Shown: positions 1 through 14,500 of the stretch, piece after piece | How positions within the stretch are numbered: position 1 is the stretch's first letter | Layout: each line of letters starts with the position of its first letter | NCBI GenBank assembly: GCA_014905635.1 | Contig: JABVCE010000017.1 | Coordinates: 682,001 to 746,000, forward strand | Source of the DNA: Scenedesmus sp. PABB004 | Lineage: Eukaryota | Length of the DNA: 64,000 nt | Direction: 5' to 3' | The notes under the pieces: generated by a model | The model's input: only the letters and a program-made list of their open reading frames with translations | The model's database searches: none | What the model was told of the DNA's origin: nothing | Translations under genes and position numbers: made by a program

Positions 1-184
1 GCGGGCCGCCGGGGCTGGCGGCAGCACTGCGGGACGGATGACCGGACTTGCGAGCGAGCGCCGCGCCTAGGGGCGCACCTCGCGCAGCGGCGGAGCGGCG
101 GCGCCCGCCGCCCGGCCGCCCTGCGCGCGCCGCCCGCGCCGCGCCCCACCGCCGCGGCCGCCGCCCGCCGGCGTGCGCGCGCAG

Positions 185-2009
<1,825 letters not shown>

Positions 2010-3205
2010 GCGCAGTGCATGCGTGTATGAGAGGGTGTGGGCGGGGACGGCGTTGAGCCCGCCAACGCGTTGGGCGAGGGGTGGGTGGCCTGGCGGCCGT
2101 GCGCGCGAGGCGGCGGGCGGCGGACCGCGCACACGTGGCCTTTTGTTCACATCCGTTGCAACTCCGAGGGCATGCATGTGCGCGCGGGGCGGGGCGGCCA
2201 GACCGCAGGGCGCAGCACGCGTCGCGTACGCGACCAGCGCTGGTGCCGGGAACCTCGCCGTGCGGCCCTCGCCGCACACGTGGCACCGCGGCAGCCTGCC
2301 GTCTCGCCGCCGCCCCAGCTCTCCAACAGCCTGCGGCGCCACCAGTGCCACCCCAACAGCGCGCGTGGCGCCGTCGCCAGCCGTTTGACCGTGCTTGTGT
2401 TGTTGCTGCCCCCTGCCAGCCAGCCTCGCACATGCAGCGCTGCGGGCACCCGGCACGCCCCCCCCCCCAGCCCCACGCACTGCTCCGCACGTACTTCAAG
2501 CACACACCAGGCCGGTGGCCGGCGCGAGCGCCAGCCACAGCAGCGGGTTGCGTTGTCGGGCGCCCCTCCCCGAGCCGCCTAGTGCCGCTGCCGCCGTTGC
2601 CACCGCTCCCGCCGCCGTTGTTGGCGCCGCAGCAGCCCGCGCCCAAGGTCAGAGGCCTTGACTTGCGCCCCAGCACCTCACGGGTGCGCTGATTGGTTGT
2701 GATTGGTTGTGTTCTGTTGTGATTCATTCGACGCGTTCTCCTTGCTTTGCTTTGCTTTGCTTTTCTTCTGCGATGCACCCGCCAGCAGCGGCGGTATTCT
2801 CTGCCTTGTGGTTGTGCCGGGCGCACGCCGCACACGCCGCGTCCCGTGATTGCAACCCAGCCCCGAATGGTGATTGAGCCCAGCCGGCGGGGCGCTGCGC
2901 AGCACCCCGCATGCGCGCGCAGAGGTTGACAAGACTTGACGTGATCTTGCAACAGCAAAACAGGCAACCGACGCCCGCAGCGGGAGACGTGGTGATCACT
3001 TGGCTGTTTGGATGCAGGGAGTCGTGCAGCCATGCCACAGGCACATCGGCTGCGCAAGAAGAACCTCACAGCCTCAATTCATTTCCCCAGCATGCTAGCA
3101 CGTGCAAAGGTTGTCTACGGGACCAGCAGATATGCACAGTTTGCGCCGTGCTCACGCCGCGCGCTCCGCGGCGCCCCCCCGCAGGGCGCGCGCCGCGCCA
3201 GCCGG

Positions 3206-5063
3206 TCACGCCACGGCGTACACGGAGGTGGTGCAGCTGCCGCCGCACATCTGACTGCCGTTGCCGGGGCAGGGGCTCTCGCACTTGGCGCCAGACACCG
3301 GGTACCTGGCCGTGAACTTGAAGGGGCTCTGCCCCCCGCGGCACTCGTTGCCGTTCTGCAGCCCAACAAACCTGAGGCCGGCAGTCACCGCCTGCTCCCG
3401 GCAGGCATCCAAGGTCGTCTCGGGGCCGTAGGACAGGAGCGGCCACACGCGGTCCGAGGCGCCGCCCGTGCAGACAAGCTCCGGGAAGCAGCCCAAGTAG
3501 AGCGGCGGCGCGGCCGTTGAGACACCAGCGTAATAGAGCGAGGCCACGCATGCGCCGCCGCAGATCTGTGCCGAGTTGCCGGCACACAGGCTCTTACAGG
3601 CACCCAGTTCGACGCCGTACGGCTCCAGCGAGTTGCCGCCAAAGCAGCTGGTTCCGTTCTGCAGCCCCGCGAACCGGAAGCCGCCCGCCTTGGCGAGCGT
3701 CAGGCAGGCCTCCACGGTGTTGGCGGTCGTCTGGCCGAGGAAGGTAAAAAAGGGGCTGGTGTTGACGCCCTGCTGGCAGGTGCTGCCCGGCTCGCGGAAG
3801 CAGCCGACGTAGTCCCCGAGCGAGGTCACCAGGCCTGCGTGCAGCGGCAGCAACAACGGCGCGGCGGCAGCCAATGCGCAGTGAGCACGGAGCGGGCGCG
3901 GCGCAGCGCCCTGGCAGGCAGACCGTGTGCCCCGCTGCGCCGCCTGCGCCCCAGCGCAGCGGCGCCGCACCTGGCGTGCACTGCCCAGTGGTGCAGAAGC
4001 CTGGCACGCCCGACTCGGGCACAGCACACGTTGTGCCGTCGGGCTTGTTGGTCGGTACGGTGCACGAGGCGCCGCTGCAGCCGCTCGTTTGGCAGGGCGT
4101 CTCAGGCATGCACACGTTGGACCCGCACGCCAGCCCTGCCGGCATAAACGAGGCGTTGAACTGCTGTTTGATGTTGCCCGCAGTGCAGGGCTGCACATAG
4201 AAGCGAGACTCTGTGCGCTCGTACTGCAGGCAGAGACTTGCGTCGCACGCGGGGCGCAGCCGACCGCCATCCCTGAACCACCGCTGCAGCGCCGTCCCTG
4301 CGCAGGTCCAGCCGCGAATCTGCGCTCCAGCCGTGCATTCGCTTGTGACACCCAGGCAGGTCGTGAGCCCTGGGGCGGGCCGGCGCGCACAGCATAAGAG
4401 CGGCTGGTGGTGGCCGGCGCGGCTTTGGGCGCCGCCGCCACCGGCGCTCGCCGCCTCTGCTGCTGCCGCCGCCCTGCTTCCCATCAACGCTGCTGCCCTG
4501 TCCGCCGGTCAACAGCCGCCCCCAGCCCTGCCCACCTGTGAACTTCAGGGAGCCGTCTGTCCAGTACTGAAGGCGCTGGTTCTCGTTGCTGGCAGAGCAG
4601 TCTTGCGCCTCAATGAATGCATCCCTCTCGGGCGACAGAGGCGCGAGGCACTTGGTCGGGCTGCCCGCGGTCTGGATGGGACCCCTTGGGAGCGTGCAGC
4701 GCTTGCCATCTTTGGACGCCGCAAAGCCCTTGGGGCAGCGGCCCACGCAGCGGTGCGCGCCCGTCGCGCGGTCCGGCCGGCACACCGCCATGCCGTTGCG
4801 CGGCGCGACGCACGGCGCGCACGCGGGGCCGCAGGCCTGCACGGTGATGCACCGCGCGCTGTCCTGCTGCGGCGCCGTCGCCGACACAGCAGCGGCCGCC
4901 AACAGCACAAGTCCTGCGCGGCGCGCGGGCGGCGGGCGGCGGGCCGCGGGGCGCGTCGGCGGCTGCGCGCGCCTCCGCGGCCAGGCGCGCGCCGACGCAC
5001 ACGCAGCCTCATCTCCCGCGGACGGCCAAGCCACTCACCCGCGGCGAAGATCAGGGCCCGCAT
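3206..5063 (-). CDS. Secreted Cys-rich / ricin-B lectin / 2x WSC protein (paralog A, no protease)
   Basis: ATG 5063, signal peptide MRALIFAAGLVLLAAAAVSA, 4 exons. Beta-trefoil-like repeats (KCLAP...QDC...NQRLQY; CLGV...WTC...LQRW; CLQY...QPC...KQQF). Two WSC repeats (YVGCF...TVEAC...AGLQNGTSCFGG...C...CAGN...ICGG...SLY; YLGCF...GLQNGNECRGG...CPGNGSQMCGG...SVY). Confidence 0.85.
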
Positions 5064-6534
5064 GGCGCTGGGCGGCGCACAGGCAGCACAGGCGGCAGCG
5101 GCCGCGACGGCAGCACCAGGTGGGGCCTGCTGGGGGGTCGGCGCGCCGCTCGCAGCGGAGCGACGCAGCTCCACGGGGCCGGGAGAGCGGTCGGGCGAGC
5201 GGCGACGGGCCAATGCGCGGGCGCGGGGCGGCGAGGGCTGTCACGGCGTGGGAGGTCGCCCGCAGTGCGGCCGGTTGCACGGGTATCCAGCCAAACTCAG
5301 CGGCGGGATGAAACGAGTGGTGCGCGAGGGCCTGGACAAGCGAGATGGGCGCGGCGCCGGCCTCAATGCCCGGGCCGGCCCGCCATCGTGGTTCCGCGCA
5401 CTTCCGCCCGGTGACGACCGCCGGACGGCGCTGGAGGGGGGCGGGAGCGTGGGCAACTTCACCAGGGTGCTGCATGCAGGCTGAAAGCGGCGGCCCAGCG
5501 CTGGCCTCGCACCGGCGGGCCCGGGCGGCGCCGCGCCGCCGCTTCGCGCGATCGCGGCGCACCCGCGGCGGCCACAGCGGGACCGTCGGCGCAGCATGGG
5601 TGCCGACCACTGTGTTACATTGTGGGGCAACCGCTGTGCAGCGCTGCGCAGTTCGCCGGCGTCAAGCCGTTCAGCCCACGTCGGGAACACCCGGCGGCCG
5701 CGTGGTGCTCCACCCCGCCAACATGCAGCGCCGGGGACACATCCCTGCAGCGGCAGATCATCGCAGCGCAAGCTTCACGCGCCGTTGGCCGGCGCAAGCG
5801 ACAGTCTGCGCAACCACAGCGGTGGGTTGCGTTCTCGGGCGCGCCCCTCCCCTCCCCGCGCTGCCAGGTGCCGCCGCCGCCGTTGCCGCCGCTCCCACCG
5901 CCGTTGTTGGCGCCGCAGCAGCCGCTTCCCCGCCGTGCTTGGCATGCAACAGACTGTTTCTGCGCCCAAGGTCAGAGGCCTTGACAGGCGCCCCAGCACC
6001 TCACGGGTGCGCTGATTGGTTGTGATTGGTTGTGTTCTGTTGTGATTCATTCGACGCGTTCTCCTTGCTTTGCTTTGCTTTGCTTTGCTTTTCTTCTGCG
6101 ATGCACCCGCCAGCAGCGGCGGTATTCTCTGCCTTGTGGTTGTGCCGGGCGCACGCCGCACACGCCGCGTCCCGTGATTGCCCAACCCAGCCCCGAATGG
6201 TGATTGAGCCCAGCCGGCGGGGCGCTGCACAGCACCCCGCATGCGCGCACAGAGGTTGACGAAACGACTAAATTTCGCAAAAAGCAAAACATGCACCGAC
6301 GCCCGCAGCGGGAGACGTGGTGATCACTTGGCTGTTTGGATGCAGGGAGTCGTGCAGCCATGCCACAGGCACATCGGCTGCGCAAGAAGAACCTCACAGC
6401 CTCAATTCATTTCCCCAGCATGCTAGCACGTGCAAAGGTTGTCTACGGGACCAGCAGATATGCACAGTTTGCGCCGTGCTCACGCCGCGCGCTCCGCGGC
6501 GCCCCCCCCGCAGGGCGCGCGCCGCGCCAGCCGG

Positions 6535-9083
6535 TCACGCCACGGCGTACACGGAGGTGGTGCAGCTGCCGCCGCACATCTGACTGCCGTTGCCGGGGCA
6601 GGGGCTCTCGCACTTGGCGCCAGACACCGGGTACCTGGCCGTGAACTTGAAGGGGCTCTGCCCCCCGCGGCACTCGTTGCCGTTCTGCAGCCCAACAAAC
6701 CTGAGGCCTTTGGTCACGGCGAGTTCCTGGCAAACATCCACGGTCGTGCCCGGGCCTGCCGAGAGAAGCGGCCACACGCGGTCCGAGGCGCCGCCCGTGC
6801 AGACAAGCTCCGGGAAGCAGCCCAAGTAGAGCGGCGGCGCGGCCGTTGAGACACCAGCGTAATAGAGCGAGGCCACGCATGCGCCGCCGCAGATCTGCGT
6901 CGGCTTGCCCGCGCACGTGCTCCGGCATGCATCAAACTCAATGCCGTAACGCTCCAGCGAGTTGCCGCCAAAGCAGCTGGTTCCGTTCTGCAGCCCCGCG
7001 AACCGGAAGCCGCCCGCCTTGGCGAGCGTCAGGCAGGCCTCCACGGTGTTGGCGGTCGTCTGGCCGAGGAAGGTAAAAAAGGGGCTGGTGTTGACGCCCT
7101 GCTGGCAGGTGCTGCCCGGCTCGCGGAAGCAGCCGACGTAGTCCCCGAGCGAGGTCACCAGGCCTGCGTGCAGCGGCAGCAACAACGGCGCGGCGGCAGC
7201 CAATGCGCAGTGAGCACGGAGCGGGCGCGGCGCAGCGCCCTGGCAGGCAGGCTGTGCGCCCCGCTGCGCCGCCTGCGCCCCAGCGCAGCGGCGCCGCACC
7301 TGGCGTGCACTGCCCAGTGGTGCAGAAGCCTGGCACGCCCAACTCGGGCACAGCACACGCAGTGCCGTCGGGCTTGTTGGTAGGTACGGTGCACGAGGCG
7401 CCGCTGCAGCCGCTCGTTTGGCATGGCGTCTCAGGCATGCACACGTTGGACCCGCACGCCAGCCCTGCCGGCATAAACGAGACGTCGAACTGCTGTTTGA
7501 TGTTGCCGGCAGTGCAGGCAAGCACATAGAAGCGAGACTCTGTGCGCTCGTACTGCAGGCAGAGGCCGGGGTTGCATGCGGGGCGCAGCCGACCGCCATC
7601 CCTGAACCACCGCTGCAGCGCCGTCCCTGCGCAGGTCCACGCGCGGATCTGCGCTCCAGTTGTGCAGTCGCTTGTGAGGCCCATACAGGTTGTGTAGCCT
7701 GCGGCGGGCCGGCGCGCACAGCATAAGAGCGGCTGGCGGTGGCCGCCACGGCTTCGGGCGCCGCCGCCACCGGCGCTCGCCGCCTCTGCTGCAGCTGCCG
7801 CCCTGCTTCCCATCAACGTTGCTGCCCTGCCCGCCGGTCAACAGCCGCCCCCAACCGCCCCCAGCCCTACCCACCTGTGAACTTCAGGGAGCCGTCTGAC
7901 AAATACTGCAGGCGCTGGTTCTCGTTGCTGGCAGAGCAGTCTTGCGCCTCAATGAATGCATCCCTCTCGGGCGACAGAGGCGCGAGGCACTTGGTCGGGC
8001 TCCCCGAGGTCTTGATGGGCCCCCCTGCAAGCAAGCGGGCAGGTGGTGTCGAGTGTGTCAGCACCAGCCGCTGCTGCAGCCCCAGCTCGTGCGTGCTCGC
8101 GAGCGCGTGCGAGCGCGTGCGAGCAGCTCCCGAGGCTCACTCGCGGCGCACACGCCGGCAAGGCAGGTGCCTCGAGCGACCTGGCCCAGCGGCCCCGCGC
8201 CAGCAAACACGACGTTGCACGCCCGCGCGTCCGCTGCCGTCGTGGCTGGCGCGCAGCCCGAGCCCAACGAGCAGCTGCCTCTGAGCTGGCACGGCCCCGC
8301 GGGGCACCGCACGCCGCACGGAGCTTGGGTCGGGGGAGGCGAGGGGTCGGGGGTGGGCAGGAGGCTGCGCGCGTCGCCGCACAGGCGGATGTCGCCGCTG
8401 ACCGGGCTCGGCAGCGCGTCGCCCAGGGCGTCCACGTTGGCGGCGACCAGCTCCTCCAGGATAGCGTCCGTGCTGATCGCCGCCTGGGTGGCCTCCACGA
8501 CAAACACGAGTTGAGCGTGCACGTGCACGAGCCGGGTCGGCGCGCTGGGCGTGTAGAGCGCGCAGGCCGTGTCGTTGGGGTCGGGGCGCAGGCCGCGCGC
8601 AAACTCTGCGAGCGTCGCCGCGAGCTGGTCCGCCTGCTCGGGCGCGCCGGGCCTGTGCGCGAAGCGCAGCCCGAACGTCGCGTCCGGCTGCATGACGCCG
8701 GCGGCGCCGTACGCGATGTTCAAGCTCCCCCGGTCGCCCCACGACTCGCCCCAGCTGTTCTTGCAGCGAAAGAACAGCCGCGCGTCGTCCCAGCCGTAGC
8801 AGAACACGGCGTGCAGCGTGGGCGTGCTGTTGGACGCCGCGCCGGCGAGCGGGGCAAACACGGTGTCGGGCGAGGGCGGATAGAAGGCGAGAAAGTCATC
8901 GCTGATGGTGAGCGAGGTCAGCACGCCGCCGTTGAGCAGGATCTGGTGCTGCACGCGCGCGATGTTGCTCGCCGGGGCGATGCTGAAGCGGTGGCCTGCG
9001 CGCGGGCGCGCGGGGCTGCGGCGTGACCGCGGGCGCCGCCGCGGCCGCGCGCGGCGGCCGCGGCCCGCCACCTGGTCCCCCGC

Positions 9084-9127
<44 letters not shown>

Positions 9128-9404
9128 CACCTGGCGGCAGCGCGGACTTGCAGGGCGCGTCAGGCCCGTCGGTGAGGTACCATGCAAAGTTGACGCTGCC
9201 CGCCCTGTAGGCGAGGCAGCTGCGGGAGGCCCACGCGTCCATGCGCCCCGCATTGACACTGATGACGACGGAGTCGTACGTTGTGCCCGACCGGCAGTCC
9301 ACGGGGTCCAACAGGCGGCAGAAGCTCGCGTCCTGGGGGCGGGGCGCCGCCGCGCGTCCGCCACCAGCAGCGGCGCCGCCGCCCACGCGCGCTGCTGCCG
9401 CCGC

Positions 9405-9484
<80 letters not shown>

Positions 9485-10431
9485 ACGCCGCCGCCGCCGC
9501 CGCACCTGCTCCGACAGCCCCAGCGCGGGCCAGTCCTGCAGCATGTGGGCGTTCACCGCCGCCTCGCCCGCCGCGGTGAGCGCAAAGCCGACGCAGGAGC
9601 CGCAGCTGCCCTGGTTTTGCGCGGGGCTGATGAACGCGTGCCCGCCGAGCGTGTCGGACGTCGCGTTGCTGCTGTACGCCGGCGGCAGGAGCGTGAGCAG
9701 CAGCACGTCGTAGTAGTCGGCGCACAGCGTGGCCGACGCCTCCTCGCCGCACACCGCCGTCACGAGCTCGCCCTTCTTGCGCCCGCCCGTGCCGCCGCGC
9801 CCGCTGCCGCGGCCGCCCATGTCCTGCACCGTCTTGGCCCGCTCAAACAGGCCGGCGTAGGTCCCGAGCAGCTGCTGCGGGTCGGGCGGCGACTGAATGG
9901 CCGGCTTGTTGGGCAGCAGGCCCAGGCCGCGCCTGGGCGCGCGCGGCGGGGAGCGCGCAGCAGCGGGTGCGGCGCGTGAGGCGGCCGGAGGCGCCGCGCG
10001 CGGGCGCCGCGCGCGGGCGCGGCTGCAGGCGTGCTGCGCGCGTGCCGCCGCGACTCACGCCTCGCATCGCTTGCCGTTCTTGGACACCGCAAAGCCCTTG
10101 GGGCAGCGGCCCACGCAGCGTCGCACGCCCGTCGCGCGGTCCAGCCGGCACACCGCCGTGCCGTTGCGCGGCGCGACGCACGGCGCGCACGCGGGGCCGC
10201 AGGCCTGCACGGTGATGCACCGCGCGCTGTCCTGCTGCGGCGCCGTCGCCGACACAGCAGCGGCCGCCAACAGCACAAGCCCTGCGCGGCGCGCGGGCGG
10301 CGGGCGGCGGGCCGCGGGGCGCGTCGGCGGCTGCGCGCGCCTCCGCGGCCAGGCGCGCGCCGACGCACACGCAGCCTCATCTCCCGCGGACGGCCAAGCC
10401 ACTCACCCGCGGCGAAGATCAGGGCCCGCAT
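6535..10431 (-). CDS. Secreted papain-like (C1A) cysteine protease - ricin-B lectin - 2x WSC fusion (paralog B)
   Basis: ATG 10431 with the same signal exon as A. Protease motifs SPAQNQGSCGSCVGFA (oxyanion Gln, catalytic Cys), LSEQ, LHAVFCYGW (His) and KNSWGESWGDRG (Asn). Followed by ricin and WSC exons nearly identical to A. Confidence 0.85.
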
Positions 10432-11324
10432 GGCGCTGGGCGGCGCACAGGCAGCACCGGCGGCAGCGGCCGCGACGGCAGTACCAGGTGGGGCCTGCTG
10501 GGGGGTCAGCGCGCCGCTCGCAGCGGAGCCACGCAGCTCCACGGGGCCGGGAGAGCGGTCGGGCGAGCGGCGACGGGCCAATGCGGGGGCGCGGGGCGGC
10601 GAGGGCTGTCACGGCGTGGGAGGTCGCCCGCAGTGCGGCCGGTTGCACGGGTATCCAGCCAAACTCAGCGGCGGGATGAAACGAGTGGTGCGCGAGGGCC
10701 TGGACAAGCGAGATGGGCGCGGCGCCGGCCTCAATGCCCGGGCCGGCCCGCCATCGTGGTTCCGCGCACTTCCGCCCGGTGACGACCGCCGGACGGCGCT
10801 GGAGGGGGGCGGGAGCGTGGGCAACTTCACCAGGGTGCTGCATGCAGGCTGAAAGCGGCGGCCCAGCGCTGGCCTCGCACCGGCGGGCCCGGGCGGCGCC
10901 GCGCCGCCGCTTCGCGCGATCGTGGCGCACCCGCCGCTGCAAGATCGATCGCGGCGGCCGCGCGGCGGCGGCCGCGCGGCGCCGACCCTGCCCGTGGGGC
11001 GTGGGAGCGACCGCCAGCGCCGCACGGGCGCCACCCTCCCTTGCCGGCGTCACCAGCGCTGGCGAGGCCGCTGCTGCTGCGCGCGCCGCGCGTCGCCTGC
11101 AGCGCCGCGCGCCCGGCCTGCGGTGTCTAGCGCTCCACCAGCACGCACAAAGGCGCTGCAGCAGGCCGCCGCCGACACGCCGCGCCGGCCTGAGCGGCTG
11201 CCGGCGCCGCGAACGGCGAGCCCCCGGGCGCGGGCGAGCGGGCCCGCCGCCGCTTGCTCGCTTGCCGGTGCCGCGCCCGCCAGGCTGTGCGTGTGCCGCG
11301 CGGGCGGCGCGATTTGCGAGCAGG

Positions 11325-11416
11325 ACACCGTGTCCTGTCAAGCGGGTTCCCGCGCCCTGCGCCCGCGCGTGTTTTGCCCGGCGGCGCGCGCCCCCACGCC
11401 GCACCGCCACGTGCTC
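11325..11416 (+). promoter_or_regulatory. Candidate ER-stress promoter motifs upstream of GRP94
   Basis: ACACCGTGTCC (11325-11335) and CACGTGCTC (11408-11416); both also occur upstream of BiP. Confidence 0.45.
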
Positions 11417-11547
11417 TCGTCGTCGCTAGCAGGCCGGGCGTGACGTCGCGGAGCGCTCGCGCAGGAGCAGCAGCAGCATCGGCTGTCGGTTGCCCGGCCC
11501 TCGATCGCGCCCTGCGGCCCGGACGAAGTGCTCAGCACGTCGCAGGG

Positions 11548-14500
11548 ATGAGGCGTGCGACCGCGCTGCTGCTGGTCGGGCTCTGCCTGGCGGCGGCGTC
11601 AGGTGCGGGCGCGGGGGCAGCAGATTCGCGAAGATGGCCGCCCTCTCAGCGCCCCGCGCGGTCCGCAGCCCGCCGTTGGGCGGCCAGCTGAGCGGCATGA
11701 CCGCGGCCGCTGCATGAGCGCGCCGCATGACCGCGCCGGCCTGGCCCGCGGCGCCTGGCGAACAGCAGCGGCGCGCCGCCGCGCTCCCCTCAGGCGCGCT
11801 CGCGGCGGAGGCGGCGGCCGACCTCAGCGGCTCGCCCAAGGTGGCGGAGGACGGCGTCGGCGGCGGCAGCGGCACCGACGCGGCGGCGCCGGAGCGGTGC
11901 GCGCCGCGCTGAGGCCGGCAGCGCCGCGCGTGGCCGCCGTGGGGCGCGCCGCACGACCGCGCCGCCGCGCCGCGCCCGCCGCGCCGCAGCGAGGCGATGG
12001 GCAAGATGTCGTCGCCGGCCTTCCAGCGCAAGATCCGGGCGAACGCGCAGAAGTTTGAGTTCCAGGCGGAGGTGCGTGCGCGCCGCCAACCACCCCGCGC
12101 CGCCGCCGCGTTGTTCTCTGCCTGCCTCGACCGCCGCGCGCCCTCAACCCTAAGCCCTGCGCCCCTAAACCCTCCCTGAACCCTCTCAGGTGACGCGGCT
12201 GATGGACATCCTCATCCACAGCCTCTACAGCAACCGCGACATCTTCCTGCGAGAGCTCATCAGCAACGCGAGCGACGCGCTCGACAAGATCCGCTTCCTC
12301 TCACTCACAGGCGTGCGGCGCGTGGCGCGGCGCACGGCGCCGCGTGATGCCACGGCCGCGCGTGATGCCACGGCCGCGCGGCGCGAGGCGGGCCCTCGCG
12401 CGCTGCGCAGCGCCGACGCCCGCCGACACCGCCGCCGCGTGCCGACCGCCGCCCGCCCGCGCGCCGCGCAGACAAGAGCGTGCTGGGCGAGGGCAGCACG
12501 GCGGTGATGGACATCCGCATCTGGGCGGACAAGGACGGCCGCACGCTCTTCATCCGCGACCGCGGCGTCGGCATGACCCGCGACGAGCTCGTGTCCAACC
12601 TCGGCACGATCGCCAAGTCGGGCACGTCGGCCTTCCTCGAGGCGATGCAGAAGGGTGGCGACGTCAACCTGATCGGCCAGTTTGGCGTGGGGTTCTATTC
12701 GGTGTACCTCGTCGCGGACTGGGTCGAGGTCGTGACCAAGGCGCCCGGCGGGCAGCAGTGAGTCGTCGGGCGGGCGGGGATGCGCCGGCGGGGGAGCGTT
12801 TCTGGCGGCGGGCGCGCGGCGGGCGGGGGAGCATGGCGGGGGAGCGGCGGCGCGCGAGCGCGCGGGCGGCGGGCGGCGGGCGCGCGGGCGGCGGGCGGCG
12901 GGCGCGCGGGCGGCGCGCGGCGGGCGGGCCGCAGGGCGACGCAGCGGGCGCCGCGCGCACACGCCCCCGCGCCCACGCTCGCGCGCCGCCGCCGCGCGCC
13001 CCCGCGCCGCAGGTACATCTGGGCGTCTGGCGCGGACGGCGCGTTCAGCGTGTCGCCGGACGAGGGCGAGAACGAGGACCTGGGGCGCGGCACGCTCATC
13101 AAGATCCACCTTAAGGAGGACGCAGAGGTGCGGTTTAGCGTCGGGCCCGCTAAGCCCTCGACCCCGACCCCGCGCGGCGGCGGCCGCGCGGCGGCCCGAC
13201 CCAGGGCAGCCCCGCCCGCGCGCGCCGCCCGCGCGCCGCCCTCCCTCGCACCGCGCGCCGCGCACACGCGCCGCCGCCCGCGCGCGCGCCGCTGATGCGC
13301 CGCGCGGCGTCCCGTGCCGGCGCAGGAGTATGCTGACGAGGCGCGGCTGAAGGGCCTGGTGTCAAAGTACAGCGAGTTCATCAACTTCCCCATCTACCTC
13401 CAGGTGGGCAGGGTTTTGGGCAGTTTAGGCGGGGGTTTAGGCAGCGCCGGCCGCGGCGGCGGGGTTTAGGCGGGGTTGGAGTTCAGGGCTGGGCAGGCGG
13501 CGGGGCTGAAAGCACCGGGGCGGCGGGGACTGGGGCGTGGGGCCGGGCGCGGGGCATGCGGCGGCGCCGGCGGCGGGCCCGCCGACGCGCCCGCGCCGAC
13601 GCGGCCGCGCCGCCGCCGCCGCCGCCGCCGCGTGCAGACCACGACCGAGAAGGACGTGCCGGTCGAGGACGACGAGGAGGCGGCACCGGGCGACGACAAG
13701 GAGGGGGAGGCGGGCGACAAGGAGGAGGAGGGCGACGACGACAAGAAGGACGAGGGTGCGCCGCCGGGGTTGGGGTTGACGCCGGCGCGCCCGCGCGGCG
13801 GCGTCACGGCGTCCGCGCGGCGGCGGCCGGGGGCCAGCGTTCGCGCCGCGCGCGCGGCGCAGCACCTCCCACGGCGCCGCCCGGCCGCCCGACCGCGCGC
13901 GCGCCGCCGCCGCAGAGGAGGAGGACGAGGGCGACGTGGTGGACGAGGAGGAGGAGGAGGAGGAGGACAAGCCCAAGACGGTGCGCCAGAACGTGACGGA
14001 GTGGGAGCACCTCAACGACAACAAGGCCATCTGGCTGCGCAAGGCCGCCGACGTGGGGGAGGAGGAGTACACCAAGTTTTACAAGGCCATCAGCAAGGTG
14101 GGACGGGGTTTAGGGTTTTAGGGTTCCGGCCAGCCTCAACCCTGCTCTCTCTGCGGGGCTGCGCGCGCCCCGCATGCGCGGGGGACCGACCGCGCCCCGC
14201 TGCGCCCAACCGCCGCCGCGCCGCGCCCAACCGCCGCCGCGCTGCGCCCAACCGCCGCGCCCGCCCCGGGGGCGCGCGCGCGCCGCGCAGGACTGGGACG
14301 CGCCGCTGAGCCGCATCCACTTCCGCGCCGAGGGCGACGTGGAGTTCAAGGCCCTGCTCTACGTCCCCAAGCACGCGCCGCACGACTTCTACGACACCAT
14401 CCAGCGCCCCAAGAAGGCCGGCTCGAGCGGCCCCGCCGGCGCGCAGGCGGGGGGCCTGAAGCTCTACGTGCGCCGCGTGTTCATCAGCGACGACGTCGAC

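Larger units (their letters stand above)
2510..10935. repeat. Tandem segmental duplication: unit A ~2510-5566, unit B ~5780-10935
   Basis: Near-identical 3' flanks (2640-3200 vs 5960-6530) and 5'/promoter regions (4730-5566 vs 10070-10935). Unit B carries ~2 kb of extra protease sequence. Confidence 0.92.
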
